Shown here: piece after piece, positions 8,642-19,319 of the stretch | Layout: every line of letters begins with the position of its first letter | How positions within the stretch are numbered: position 1 is the first letter of the stretch | Origin: Oligoflexales bacterium | Lineage (GTDB): Bacteria; Bdellovibrionota_B; Oligoflexia; Oligoflexales; Bog-1112 | Length of the DNA: 53,566 nucleotides | Direction: 5' to 3' | Assembly (NCBI GenBank): GCA_045106415.1 | Contig: JBGCEP010000051.1 | Coordinates: 1-53,566 of the forward strand | Translations under genes and position numbers: made by a program | Notes under the pieces: model-generated | Told to the model about the DNA's origin: nothing | Databases searched by the model: none | Seen by the model: only the letters and a program-made list of their open reading frames with translations

Positions 8642-11092
8642 ATGAGCGAAGAACAAATAGGCCAAGGTGGTTATTCGACTGCGAGTGATATGTTTCAAAC
8701 ATGGTTCTTGGAGTATGCGAGTTATGTTATTTGTGATCGAGCTATTCCAGCGGGTAATGATGGTTTAAAGCCTGTTCAGAGACGTTTATTACATACACTA
8801 AGAGAAATGGATGATGGGCGCTTAAATAAAGCTGCTAATGTGATTGGTGCAACTATGAGATACCATCCTCATGGTGATATGGCCATTGAAGATGCTCTTG
8901 TTAAGCTTGCTCAAAAAGATGTTTTGTTAGAGACTCAAGGAAACTGGGGCAATTCCTTAACAGGGGATAGAGCTGCAGCTGCTCGATATATTGAGGTTAG
9001 GTTATCACCGCTTGCTAAAGAAATTTTGTTTAGTGACTCTGTAACAGAATGGCAAGATTCATATGATGGTAGAAATAAAGAACCAGTTGGTCTTCCTGTA
9101 AAATTTCCACTCCTACTGCTTTTAGGGGCAGAAGGTATTGCTGTTGGTTTATCGACAAAAATCTTACCTCATAATTTTAGAGAGCTTTTAAAAGAGTCTA
9201 TTGCAGTATTAAGAGGGCGTCGTCCTTGTTTATATCCAGATTTTCATTCTGGAGGTTTTATTGATGTCTCTGAATATAGAGACGGAGCCAAAGGGTCTCG
9301 AATTCGTATTCGAGCAAGAATCGAAGAAGTTGATTCTAAGCTTTTGGAAATTACTGAAATTCCTTTTAGTACGACCACGCAAGGATTGATTGACTCAATT
9401 TTAGCAGCGAACGATAAAGGTAAAATTAAAATACGTAAGATTGAAGATAACACAGCAGGAAAGGTGTCGATTCAAATTCATCTCGTATCTGGGACAAATG
9501 TAGAACAGACCCTAGAGGCTTTGTATGCATTCACAGACTGTGAAATGACGGTGGCTCCAAGTTGCTGTGTGATTGAAGATCAAAAGCCAGTTTTTTGTGG
9601 TGTTTCTGAACTTTTAAAAAATTCGACACATCAAACTCGTCGTCTTTTAGAGCGAGAGCTAAAAATTGACAAGAAGAAATTATTAGAGCGAATTCTTCAT
9701 TTGCAACTAGAACGTTGGTTTATTGAGCAAAAGATTTATCGTAAAATTGAAATTGCTGAAACTTGGGATGATGTCGTAAAGATTTTAAAAAGAAGTTTGA
9801 AATCTTTTGATTGTGAGACTTATCGCCAGATTAAAGATCAAGATCTCACTGCATTAACAGATATTAAAATTCGAAGAATTACAAAATATGATTCGAAGCA
9901 AGCTGATGAAGCTCTCCTTAAAATTGAAAGTGCTTTGAAAGATGTTGAAGAAAGTTTAAGCGATATTGTGAATTATACAATTCAGTGGTATCAGTACTTA
10001 TTAAAAAAGTATGGTGGTGATCTTAAAAGAAAAACTGAGATCACAACTTTCGGAAAAGTAAAGAAATCAGAACTAGCAACATCTTATTCAAAACTCTATG
10101 TGGATAGAAAAGAAGGATTTGTAGGGACATCGTTGAAAAATCATGAGCTTTTGTGTGAATGCTCTAATTTAGATGAAGTCATTGCTTTCTGCCAAGATGG
10201 CACTGTACGAGTGGTTAAAGTTGATGAAAAGATTTTTGTTGGTCAGAATATTATTCATATTGAAATTTTCCAACGAGGTGATGAACGACGAGTTTATCAT
10301 ATGATTTTTCGTGATGGTAAAGATGGCCCAACGGTTGCAAAACGTTTTCAAGTGACGAGTGTGATACGAGGGCGGGAATATCAGCTCACTCGTGGTAGCG
10401 CACAAAGCAAAATTCTTCATTTTTCTGTTAATCCAGATGGTGAAGCAGAGCAAGTTGTACTTCAATTGAAGCCTAAAACCGGTTTAAGGAAAAAATCGAT
10501 TGAATGTGATTTTTCCAACCTTCCTATTCGAAGCCGGCAAACGGCAGGAACGATTGTAACACCCCATGTTGTACAAAAAGTTGATAAAATTGTTCGCGGT
10601 GGATCTACTTTGGGAAAAGTTCGTATTTGGTTTGATCAAGGTCAGTTGCATCAAGAAGAACAAGGGAAATATCTTGGTCGTTTTCAAGGAGGAGACAAAC
10701 TCTTAGCGGTTTATCAAAATGGGTATTATGAGGTTCTTCCTTTTGCTTTAAATATGAAATTTTCTGAAGGTCTTCTGAATGTTTGTGCTTTTACCTCGGA
10801 TCAATATATCCAAGTCATTTGGTTTGATGAGCAAAAATCACAAGCATATGCACGTAAAAGTCTTCTTGTAGATGAAGAAGGTCGACAAACTCTATTCCCA
10901 AGAGGGCGTTCAAACAAGTTGTGTTTTGTAAGTATTAAAGATAGCCCTTCTGTTGTGATTGAAGCTGATCGTAACCGAGAAGATCCGGTGTTGGTTGATT
11001 TTAGCGAAGTGCAAGAAGTTAAAACGCCTACAGCTCTTGGATCTAAAGTCTGTGCATTTGAACCTTATAAGGTAAAAATTCGCAAAAAATAA
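8642..11092 (+). CDS. parC: DNA topoisomerase IV subunit A
   Basis: DRAIP..DGLKPVQRR, YHPHGD, QGNWG, AAAARYIE (catalytic Tyr), GIAVGLST; no GyrA-box; adjacent to parE. Confidence 0.88.
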   Translation: MSEEQIGQGGYSTASDMFQTWFLEYASYVICDRAIPAGNDGLKPVQRRLLHTLREMDDGRLNKAANVIGATMRYHPHGDMAIEDALVKLAQKDVLLETQGNWGNSLTGDRAAAARYIEVRLSPLAKEILFSDSVTEWQDSYDGRNKEPVGLPVKFPLLLLLGAEGIAVGLSTKILPHNFRELLKESIAVLRGRRPCLYPDFHSGGFIDVSEYRDGAKGSRIRIRARIEEVDSKLLEITEIPFSTTTQGLIDSILAANDKGKIKIRKIEDNTAGKVSIQIHLVSGTNVEQTLEALYAFTDCEMTVAPSCCVIEDQKPVFCGVSELLKNSTHQTRRLLERELKIDKKKLLERILHLQLERWFIEQKIYRKIEIAETWDDVVKILKRSLKSFDCETYRQIKDQDLTALTDIKIRRITKYDSKQADEALLKIESALKDVEESLSDIVNYTIQWYQYLLKKYGGDLKRKTEITTFGKVKKSELATSYSKLYVDRKEGFVGTSLKNHELLCECSNLDEVIAFCQDGTVRVVKVDEKIFVGQNIIHIEIFQRGDERRVYHMIFRDGKDGPTVAKRFQVTSVIRGREYQLTRGSAQSKILHFSVNPDGEAEQVVLQLKPKTGLRKKSIECDFSNLPIRSRQTAGTIVTPHVVQKVDKIVRGGSTLGKVRIWFDQGQLHQEEQGKYLGRFQGGDKLLAVYQNGYYEVLPFALNMKFSEGLLNVCAFTSDQYIQVIWFDEQKSQAYARKSLLVDEEGRQTLFPRGRSNKLCFVSIKDSPSVVIEADRNREDPVLVDFSEVQEVKTPTALGSKVCAFEPYKVKIRKK

Positions 11093-11103
11093 ATTATTAT
11101 TTT

Positions 11104-11149
11104 ACAAAAAGACTGTTCATTAAAAGCTTTTAATGAACAGTCTTTTTGT
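11104..11149. terminator. Perfect 46-bp palindrome, probable bidirectional terminator
   Basis: ACAAAAAGACTGTTCATTAAAAG|CTTTTAATGAACAGTCTTTTTGT between the convergent parC and GT4 genes, followed by a T-run. Confidence 0.8.
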
Positions 11150-11183
11150 TTTTTTCAGTATGAAGAGGTTGTCTTTATATTCG

Positions 11184-12320
11184 TTATGAATATTGCGTGT
11201 CTTCAAAGATTTGCTCAATTTTTGATTGAAATAAAGTTTGTAAAGATCCCCATGAAAAATCTTGGGCTCTTTTTTGAGCTTGTGCTTTTAGGTTGTCTCG
11301 TACTTTTCTGTCATAGAGTGCATTTTTGATTTGAGGAATATAAATTTCAGGATGCTGTTTGTTGAATAAAATACCACCATCTTTAAGTGTTCCAGGGATA
11401 GCTGTGCATGAGTGAGCCATAACAGGAATATTGAATGTAAGAGCTTCTAATAGCGGTACACAGAAGCCTTCGTGTTCGCTCATACATAAGAAAAGGTCGC
11501 AGGCATGATAGATAGAAGCAAGGGTTTCATCATTGACTTGCCCAGGTATGACAATATCCCCAAGATGTTCTTGATTTAAATCAGAGATTTTAAGGTCTAG
11601 TTCTTTGGCAATCTGAAGTGTTTGCTGTCCATACAAGGTATGAGGAGATCCGACAAGAATAAGGCGAATGTCTTTGTTGACAAAGTTATGAAGAGCTTTG
11701 AGGGCCAGAATCAGATCATGGGTTTTTTTATTTGGAGCAAATCGTCCAACAAAGAGAATATTTTTAATGTGACCTGTTTGTAGTTTTTGAATAAGATTCT
11801 GGTCAGAATGCAATTCTGTAAGGTGTTTGTAATGCCTTAGGATTGGTAAAACATGATGATGTTTCGAGCTGTTTTTAAAGAGCTCTATATTGAACTCCGA
11901 ATCATGCCAATAATTGTGAGTGAGTCGATCGACGAGATCTCTTTGACGATAACCTTGATGGCAAAGATTATAAGCAGTGTGATCAGAAGAGGCGTGAAAA
12001 AAAGCTGGAGGCGTAATATTATGATTACGGGTGATAATGCGAGTTGTTCCATATAAAAGCCAATGAGGGACATTAGACCCTGTGGAAAAGTGATGGATTG
12101 TTGCAAACCGATTGTGTTGATGCTGTGGATAGTCTTCAATAGGGTAAACGCCCGTAGATTTTTGAATGTCCCCACGCTCTGCATAAACCCTATTGTCAAT
12201 GTTCATTTGAAAGAGGAGTTTACGTAACCATCGGACTTCGTTGCCGATGGCGTCATGCTGACAAAATGTAGGAAGAATTTGATCAATACGTAATTGAGGA
12301 TTTCGTATGCTTTTTGTCAT
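11184..12320 (-). CDS. Glycosyltransferase family 4 (GT-B)
   Basis: DAIGN N-terminus, ILFVGRFAPNK, CDLFLCMSEHEGFCVPLLEA (EX7E motif). Confidence 0.9.
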   Translation of the reverse strand: MTKSIRNPQLRIDQILPTFCQHDAIGNEVRWLRKLLFQMNIDNRVYAERGDIQKSTGVYPIEDYPQHQHNRFATIHHFSTGSNVPHWLLYGTTRIITRNHNITPPAFFHASSDHTAYNLCHQGYRQRDLVDRLTHNYWHDSEFNIELFKNSSKHHHVLPILRHYKHLTELHSDQNLIQKLQTGHIKNILFVGRFAPNKKTHDLILALKALHNFVNKDIRLILVGSPHTLYGQQTLQIAKELDLKISDLNQEHLGDIVIPGQVNDETLASIYHACDLFLCMSEHEGFCVPLLEALTFNIPVMAHSCTAIPGTLKDGGILFNKQHPEIYIPQIKNALYDRKVRDNLKAQAQKRAQDFSWGSLQTLFQSKIEQIFEDTQYS

Positions 12321-12423
12321 TTTTTTGCTCGTCTATGCAAAAGGTTGGCCGATTCTTTTACAAAGTTTATAGAAGAATCATGACAGAAAAGAGCCCATTT
12401 GTCAGTGAGGCGACTGAAAATTA

Positions 12424-15400
12424 TCAAGAAATCTCAATGATAGCTTGCTCTCGTATCAGCCAAATCCAGCCTCGAACTTTTTTGAAGCTTAAAAGCTGAG
12501 CTGCGTCACGATAATATGAAAGTTGAGCAAAGTAGCCGTTTTCTTGACAGAAGTGAGCAAGGTCATCTTTTTTATTTGTATGAGGAGCGTGTTTTGGAGG
12601 GCCATAAGGGGTTGTTTTATAATCAACAATCCAAATTTCATCATGTGTTTCACAGTGAAGATCAATACTCCCAACAATAAGCTCGTTTTGAACACGTGCG
12701 CAAATATTCATTTCTGGGTGAAGGTGATGAGTTGGTTTTGTGAGTTGAGACCAAAAATGAGAATTTAAAGTATTGTGAATATCTTTAGACGTTTGACTAT
12801 ATAAACGTTCAGATTCACGAGCTGTCAAATGAATAGAGCGTGCAACCTCAGAGTTGAGGACCCAGTCTTGCCAGAGAGACTCAAGGTTGATGGGGTCTTT
12901 TAAAGCGGCTCGTTCTAATGCTTTATGAACATAGGTACCGAGTGTTGCAGAAAGCGCAGGGTGTCCATAATGAATGACTTGGCGCTCTGTTTTTTTACGG
13001 CCTTGTAGTGCTGAGTGAGGGTTGATGAGGTTGATGTCGTGGCTTATAGACCAATTTTTTAAAAAGGTTATTTTTTTTTCTTCTACATTTTTCTTCGATG
13101 GTTTTTGAGTGATAGTGGCTTCACTTGGGATATGCTCAAGTGCAATTCCCCAAGGCGTCGGCTCTCCGTGACACAATTCGTAGAGATGTTCTCGAAATTT
13201 TAAACCAGGTGTGCTTCTTTTGCTTTGCCATCCACTGATCGTTAAATACTGACTAGCTCTTGTGAGAGCAACATAGAGGAGTCGCCAGCATTCTTCGTGT
13301 GATGATTCTATTTGGCGCTCTAAAAGAGAATCAAAATCTCGAGTGTGTTCAGGCCTATCGGCTGTTGTTCCAATGTAGTAGAGTTGATGGTTTATAGGGT
13401 CTTTTGCCCAGTATCGATCTTGTTTATACCAGGGTTGAGCCGTTTGTGTGACCATGACAAGGGGGAACTCTAGACCTTTCGATTTGTGAATCGTCATAAG
13501 GCGAACAGCATTCGAATGAATACTGGCGTTGCCGTGTTCGTCATCAGAAGCCATCTGCTCCAACTGTCTTAAGCAGCTGTTTGGCGTGGTGTGCCCTTGT
13601 TCTTCAAGGTCAAGGCAGATGTTTAGAATTTTTTGAAGGTTTTGAATCGCTAGCTCGGCATACTCTGGTGAGAAATTTTTGCGGTATGCTTGAAAAACAC
13701 CCCATTGGCTATAAGCGTTGGAAAAAACACGATGGCCCAAAATAGGTGTGTTTGTAAGCATGTTTTTTAAAATTTCAATCTCACGAGTGTAATGTTCGGA
13801 TAAAGCTGTAAGAACTGAGATACAACGATTTTCTTTGATGTGTGCTGTTGATGTTAATGCTTTTAAAAGGTGATGGTCGGACACCATGATCCAAGGGCTT
13901 TTTAAGCATGTGATTAAAGAGTTTAAATCTCCAGGGTGAGTCGTAAATCTTAACCATGCTAAGGCATCTTGAATTTCACTTCGTTTAAAGAAACCTTTTT
14001 TTTCTTCACGGATATATGGGATGTCATACAATCTTAACTCTTCTTCAAAGGCTTCGATATGGGTTGTGTTGCGATACATAAGGCAACAGTCTTGAGGTTC
14101 CAGGTTTCGATACGATTTGGTTTTTGAATCATAAACTGGGTGGTAGATCTCACCTGAGAGAGCTTTCTGGAGCCATTTTATTAGCGATTTAGCTTCTTCT
14201 TGAGGGGAGTCTGTAAGATCTAAAACAGAGACACGTCCACATGAAGGAATGAAGTCTTTATTGTTGATTTGAGCTGTAGAGTGTTTTGGGAATGAATCCT
14301 GATGAGAAAAGACACGGTTGATATAGTCTAAAACTATTTGAGATGTTCGGAAACTTTTATTGAGAGGTAGAATCGATTTTTCAAATTTTGAAAATGTGTT
14401 TTTTGCAAGATTTACAACCTCCGGATCTGCCTCACGGAAACCATAAATAGATTGTTTACGATCACCTACAATAAATGCAGAAGGAGAAGGTTTTCCTGAA
14501 GAAGAAGGTTGTGTTTGAGAAAAGAATTCAATAATAAACTGTTGAAATAAATTCCACTGTAGATGGCTGGTGTCTTGGAACTCATCAATCATCATATGCT
14601 CGATCGATTGGCTTAAAAGCCAGAGTGCAGCAGGACCGCTATCTTGTCTGAAGAGTTGATCACACCCTCGGGTGAGGTCACTAAACTCTATGGAGCTTTG
14701 TTTTGATTTTATGCTTTGTCGAATTGTGTCAAACTCATCATAAAGTATTTGAAAATTTCGGCTGACTTCATTGAGATGCTCGATGCGGTGAAAATTTTTA
14801 AAATCGCGAATTGCAGTATCAATATGTTCAATCTGAATGCGAAGCTTTTCTCTTTTTTGACCTTTAATGATAGCCTTACTTACAGATCCTTGATGAGTTA
14901 AGATTTTTGTTTGTATCAATGCACTTAGAGAATATTGAGATACTGCTTCTAGGATTTCATCTTTACGTTTGGCTTCCATAGCTACAGTCCGTAAGGGTGA
15001 ATTTAATGACTCTAAAAGCTCTTTTTCTGATGAGAAGTTGAGTTCTTTTGTGAGATACTCTTGTAATGCTGATTGCCCTTGTGCCTTATGGGACCAAAGG
15101 TTCAGCTGATAGCGGCGAAGTTCAAAGAGGCGCTGTTTGATGCCTTGAACTCCCTCAAAAAGAAAGTTCCATTTTTTGAGCATAAAGATAGGAATTTCGC
15201 TTTGTTGAATAAGTTCTTCGAAAGCATCTTGATCGAGCTTTTGAACCTCAGAGGCTGTCAGCATCTTTAAAGATTGGCTACCTGCTGAATTGATAAAATT
15301 TTGATAGCCTGTCTCAAATGGAAATTTACGATTCCATTGATGGAAAAGAGCATCAATAGTCGTGATTTTTAAAAGTTGGGTTGAAGCGATAATAATCTCA

Positions 15401-15699
15401 CCTGTTTGATGAGCCCCAAAAGGTTTAGTAACAGGTATTCTGCTTAATTTATGAAATTCTTTCATACTGTCTTCAAACTCAATTTGACGAACTTTGTCGT
15501 GGATGAGAAGAGACGCTTCTTTAAGGATACGTTCTCTCATTTCATGAGCTGCTTTTACTGTAAATGTCACGGTTAAAATGTTCTGAGGAAGAGCTCCGGC
15601 TGAGACAAGAGCAAGAAAACGATGGCTGAGCTGCCAGGTTTTCCCGCTGCCAGCTGAAGCTTCAACAAGATAGCTTTCATATGGGTTTTGGGGGTTCAT
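12424..15699 (-). CDS. addA: AddA-like UvrD-family helicase-nuclease
   Basis: EASAGSGKT, VTFTVKAAHEMRER, IDEFQDT, VGDRKQSIYGFR, MTIHKSKGLEF, LLYVALTRA; C-terminal nuclease GSID...IVDYKT. Confidence 0.88.
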   Translation of the reverse strand: MNPQNPYESYLVEASAGSGKTWQLSHRFLALVSAGALPQNILTVTFTVKAAHEMRERILKEASLLIHDKVRQIEFEDSMKEFHKLSRIPVTKPFGAHQTGEIIIASTQLLKITTIDALFHQWNRKFPFETGYQNFINSAGSQSLKMLTASEVQKLDQDAFEELIQQSEIPIFMLKKWNFLFEGVQGIKQRLFELRRYQLNLWSHKAQGQSALQEYLTKELNFSSEKELLESLNSPLRTVAMEAKRKDEILEAVSQYSLSALIQTKILTHQGSVSKAIIKGQKREKLRIQIEHIDTAIRDFKNFHRIEHLNEVSRNFQILYDEFDTIRQSIKSKQSSIEFSDLTRGCDQLFRQDSGPAALWLLSQSIEHMMIDEFQDTSHLQWNLFQQFIIEFFSQTQPSSSGKPSPSAFIVGDRKQSIYGFREADPEVVNLAKNTFSKFEKSILPLNKSFRTSQIVLDYINRVFSHQDSFPKHSTAQINNKDFIPSCGRVSVLDLTDSPQEEAKSLIKWLQKALSGEIYHPVYDSKTKSYRNLEPQDCCLMYRNTTHIEAFEEELRLYDIPYIREEKKGFFKRSEIQDALAWLRFTTHPGDLNSLITCLKSPWIMVSDHHLLKALTSTAHIKENRCISVLTALSEHYTREIEILKNMLTNTPILGHRVFSNAYSQWGVFQAYRKNFSPEYAELAIQNLQKILNICLDLEEQGHTTPNSCLRQLEQMASDDEHGNASIHSNAVRLMTIHKSKGLEFPLVMVTQTAQPWYKQDRYWAKDPINHQLYYIGTTADRPEHTRDFDSLLERQIESSHEECWRLLYVALTRASQYLTISGWQSKRSTPGLKFREHLYELCHGEPTPWGIALEHIPSEATITQKPSKKNVEEKKITFLKNWSISHDINLINPHSALQGRKKTERQVIHYGHPALSATLGTYVHKALERAALKDPINLESLWQDWVLNSEVARSIHLTARESERLYSQTSKDIHNTLNSHFWSQLTKPTHHLHPEMNICARVQNELIVGSIDLHCETHDEIWIVDYKTTPYGPPKHAPHTNKKDDLAHFCQENGYFAQLSYYRDAAQLLSFKKVRGWIWLIREQAIIEIS

Positions 15700-18572
15700 A
15701 CTGTATCCTCATGGTGAACATCCATACGTTTGTTTTTTTCAAAAATAGAGCTGAGGTCTGGATCGTTTTTTCGACACACTCCCTGATAGTCACAACGCTC
15801 GCACCAAGCGCCGATATCAGGTTTGTAACCATTTTCTTGAACTTCAGCCTGGCGCAAGGCCCATTTTTTTTGAATGTTGGTGACTTGAGTTTGGAGGTCT
15901 GGTGTCATAGAAGAGACAAGGCCTTTTACTTGTGCCGTGTGTTTTACCGCTTGAGAAACGCCTCTTGGTTCCCATGAACCTTTTAAAATTGACCAATACC
16001 CTGTCACCATGGTTTGGATATTGTGGGTATTCAAAGCTAGCGCATAAAAAGGCAGCTGAGGCTCAAGACCTTGTTCAACTTCTTTGACACTGGGTTGGTA
16101 TTGTCGTTTGAAATCGTAAATAATACTAATATCAGAGCTTTCTTGGATATGATCGACAGAACCATGAAGACTCCAAGGCTCTTTGTCAATCGTGACGGGC
16201 TGGCCTTCGAGTTTTTTTTCTGTAGACATTTTAAAATGAAGGCGAGGAAAGATGTGATCAACCCATCGAGGCCATGAATGGTAACGTAGATGAAGGCCGA
16301 GAGATGTCGCAAGGACGTTATGAGGGCCAAGCTCACAAGTCAGAGTTAAAAGCCTTTCTATGAGCTCTTCTTTATTTTCTTTTTGTGTGAGTGAAGAGAC
16401 CTTGTCCTTATAGCCAATAAAAAAACACTCTAAAACCTTGTGAAGCCATTGCCCTTCAATTATATTTTTTTGTGTGCTTTTCATTGGCACTTTTAAAGAT
16501 TGAAGAAGGTAGCGATACGGGCACTGCAGAAAAGAACGTAGTCGAGTCGCAGACATCGTGCTTGGAAGAATAGATGGACAAAGTCCAATATTCTCATAGT
16601 GTTCTCGTGTGTTAGTGTGAGTTGTTGTGCCGGGAATGAATTCTGGAGCATCAAGAAAAGCAACTGATGAGTCTTTTCCAGTGGCTTCCACAAAACGTGA
16701 ACGAACACTGTCGCCCTGTACTCCTGATTTTGGATAGCTTAAAATGAGATTGGAAGAAAGAGAACTGATGAGGTAAAACGTTGTATCTTCTAATGATTCA
16801 ACATATTCCCAGCCTTCAACCCCTATTTTGGTTTTTAACCAGTCATCAACAAGGTCATCATTTGGAACAGAACGCGGAAATGACCCTTCAACACACCCTA
16901 TGACGATGACTGTGTGAAAAGGGATGCATCGAGCTTCAGGAACACCTAAAATTTGAAGACCCTCGAGAGAAAATCCAGATTCTCTAGCTTCTAATTGCTG
17001 CAGGTTACGCATGACAGAATGCCAAAAAGCTCCAACAGGAATGGAAGCGTCATGAAAATAAGAAGCTTCGCCGAATCGCTGTAAAAATTTTTGAAAAGCA
17101 TCCGTAGAAGATTGGTCAAGGGCAGATATATCGTGATGTTTTTCTGGACTAAAAAATTCAATGAAAAATTCAGTCCATTGAGAAATACTTTGAACCCCTT
17201 TTAAGTCAAATAGAGGTTTGACGTAATGATGGAGCTCTTCATAACAGACCTGCAGTTCAGGAGGTAGCTTCTCAAAAAATTTTGTAAAACCATAGCGATC
17301 ACCGTCAAGCTGGAGGGAGTTCAGTTGAGCTTTAAGAAACGTAGGGTCCTCTTTTAACGGGACTGCGTGTGGGCGCCAGGGATGGACCATAAGGTCTGAG
17401 AGGTGAAGCCATTTTTGTTTGCTTGTGAGAAGTTTTCCAACCTCTAAGACCCAACTGCCAAAACCTGTTTGTTGAAAAGGTGTCGGCAAAGAGTTGTTTA
17501 TTGGAATATCTTTAAATTCATCTTGCCTGAGAAGAGTATGGAAAATTTTTGAATAACCCTTCTCGTTTGCCACGATGAGACCAATTTGATGAGGAGGGCA
17601 GCCTTCTTGGATATGCTTTTTTGCAGTGTGAAGAGCAAATGCGACTTCATGGTATGGGTCTTTAGATCGAACAATTGTCTTTTGATTTATCTGATTATTT
17701 TGGGATGTTTTTAAAAAAGAAGATTGACCCAGTTTTTCGTGGAGTTCTCTAACTGGATTGCGGCCAGTTTTCTTTTCCGGGGTATAAGGGAAGAATATCG
17801 TGGTTCTGGTGTCTTTACTAAGATGTTTTAAAAGAGGGAAGATAGCTTGATTCACTGTTGTAAGTGCTGCAATAAAAATTTTACGAATTCCTGTGACGGG
17901 GTTTTGGATAGCATCCCGAGTTGCAGTTTTCATGGCTTCTGCTGTCGTAATGGCGTGCTTATTTATAAGGATTTTTTTGAATTTTTTTTGAAGATCTTCA
18001 ATCTCATTGAGTCGAGAGGCTAATATGTTTAAATACCGGGGGTCATGATAAAGATCTTCATCAAAGAGTTTATGAATTTCACTTAAACAGTCTTCTTTGT
18101 TGTTAATGCTCAAGTCGTGAAATAATTGTCGTAATTCATGAGCGTGCTGAGGAAGAAGGTGTTTATAGTTTTCATGTCGTAGAAGTGCGGTGAGTAGAAG
18201 TTCTTCAACTTGTGCATCAATAGGGTGGAGAGGTTCTTTTGCTAGAGACCATAGCCACTGGTCAAGGGTGGAAAGAAGAGGAGGTCGAAGCGCTGGGCGT
18301 TTTTGTGTGAGGAGGTCTAAAAGAGCGTGTCCAAGGCGAGCTGTCGGAAGGACGACAACAATATCGTGAAGCTCTTCTTCTTTGAGAAGTTGTTCAGCGA
18401 GTATGGTGAGAGGATTTTCACCAGGGGGACACATAAAGTTTTGAGATTGTGAATCCATATCGTGCTCATCTGATGTCGTAGGAGTGAATGCTACCTTGTT
18501 ATGATTCCCTAAAAAAACAATATATTCAGCTTGATACATTGCGCTGAAATATGATTTCTGGAACTTTAGCAT
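15696..18572 (-). CDS. addB: AddB-like PD-(D/E)XK nuclease subunit with Fe-S staple
   Basis: Overlaps addA by 4 bp. VVLPTARL N-terminal motif, SATRLRSFLQCPY, GSVDHI..YDFK, PQLPFY, CERCDYQGVC. Alternative start ATG at 18458. Confidence 0.8.
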   Translation of the reverse strand: MLKFQKSYFSAMYQAEYIVFLGNHNKVAFTPTTSDEHDMDSQSQNFMCPPGENPLTILAEQLLKEEELHDIVVVLPTARLGHALLDLLTQKRPALRPPLLSTLDQWLWSLAKEPLHPIDAQVEELLLTALLRHENYKHLLPQHAHELRQLFHDLSINNKEDCLSEIHKLFDEDLYHDPRYLNILASRLNEIEDLQKKFKKILINKHAITTAEAMKTATRDAIQNPVTGIRKIFIAALTTVNQAIFPLLKHLSKDTRTTIFFPYTPEKKTGRNPVRELHEKLGQSSFLKTSQNNQINQKTIVRSKDPYHEVAFALHTAKKHIQEGCPPHQIGLIVANEKGYSKIFHTLLRQDEFKDIPINNSLPTPFQQTGFGSWVLEVGKLLTSKQKWLHLSDLMVHPWRPHAVPLKEDPTFLKAQLNSLQLDGDRYGFTKFFEKLPPELQVCYEELHHYVKPLFDLKGVQSISQWTEFFIEFFSPEKHHDISALDQSSTDAFQKFLQRFGEASYFHDASIPVGAFWHSVMRNLQQLEARESGFSLEGLQILGVPEARCIPFHTVIVIGCVEGSFPRSVPNDDLVDDWLKTKIGVEGWEYVESLEDTTFYLISSLSSNLILSYPKSGVQGDSVRSRFVEATGKDSSVAFLDAPEFIPGTTTHTNTREHYENIGLCPSILPSTMSATRLRSFLQCPYRYLLQSLKVPMKSTQKNIIEGQWLHKVLECFFIGYKDKVSSLTQKENKEELIERLLTLTCELGPHNVLATSLGLHLRYHSWPRWVDHIFPRLHFKMSTEKKLEGQPVTIDKEPWSLHGSVDHIQESSDISIIYDFKRQYQPSVKEVEQGLEPQLPFYALALNTHNIQTMVTGYWSILKGSWEPRGVSQAVKHTAQVKGLVSSMTPDLQTQVTNIQKKWALRQAEVQENGYKPDIGAWCERCDYQGVCRKNDPDLSSIFEKNKRMDVHHEDTV

Positions 18573-18759
18573 ATCTACTCATATCTTTATCTAAGATTTT
18601 TTCATTTCTCTTATGACTGATTTAGGGGTTTTCAATATTTTTTTAACCACAGAATTTTTGACAGTTAGTATAGTGAATGTCCAAACCTGGCTGGGTTTTT
18701 GACTGAATTTAAGGCATACTCCGCGTGAGCGAATCTTCATGCTTTAAAGGGGATCGTAT

Positions 18760-19008
18760 ATGGAAGATTATGAAGAGAAGACACAAAGTCTTGATCATGA
18801 AAATGAGCAAGACCGTAAAGATCGTTTGACAAAACAGCTGGCTCGAGTGGTATGCATTTGTAAAGGTGTTCCTCTATCAAAGGTTTTACCTGCTTTAAAA
18901 GGCTGTGAAGATGTGAGTGACGTGAATCGAAAAGCGAATATTGGTGACGGCGGCTGTCAAGGTCGTAGATGTGGACCTCGTGTTCGTGCACTACTCAAGA
19001 AGAAATAA
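18760..19008 (+). CDS. Bfd-like [2Fe-2S]-binding protein
   Basis: VVCICKGV...GDGGCQGRRCG cysteine pattern. Confidence 0.8.
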   Translation: MEDYEEKTQSLDHENEQDRKDRLTKQLARVVCICKGVPLSKVLPALKGCEDVSDVNRKANIGDGGCQGRRCGPRVRALLKKK

Positions 19009-19024
19009 GATTTTTTCTTGAGTG

Positions 19025-19060
19025 GCCACGCGACTTTGAAAGTTGCGTGGCTTTTTTTTT
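19025..19060 (+). terminator. Rho-independent terminator
   Basis: GCCACGCGACT-TTGAA-AGTTGCGTGGC followed by T9. Confidence 0.88.
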
Positions 19061-19229
19061 AGGGTGGAAAAGTGTTTAATTTTTCAGATTCGATAGAATA
19101 AAATAAGTGCATCACCTTAATACAAAGCTATAAATATTTAAGTTTCTTTGTTGTGAAGGTCGATTTTTTATCATTTTCTTTTTGTGTGATGAACTTGATA
19201 TTTTTTAAAAGAGCTGGTGTTTTTTGTTA

Positions 19230-19258
19230 TTGACCACCTGGAATAGCCGCGCTATCGT
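19230..19258 (+). promoter_or_regulatory. sigma70-type promoter of the 682-aa gene
   Basis: TTGACC-N17-TATCGT. Confidence 0.4.
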
Positions 19259-19319
19259 CCTTTAGATTTTATATTATGCAAATTGAAGAAGACTTTTTCC
19301 TAAAAGGTGTGAGGGGTTT

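Noticed and set aside
12424..18572. Helicase plus Cas4-like nuclease as a CRISPR or anti-phage defence system
   Set aside because: Order, size and motifs match housekeeping AddAB; no cas1/cas2 or repeat array in the window.
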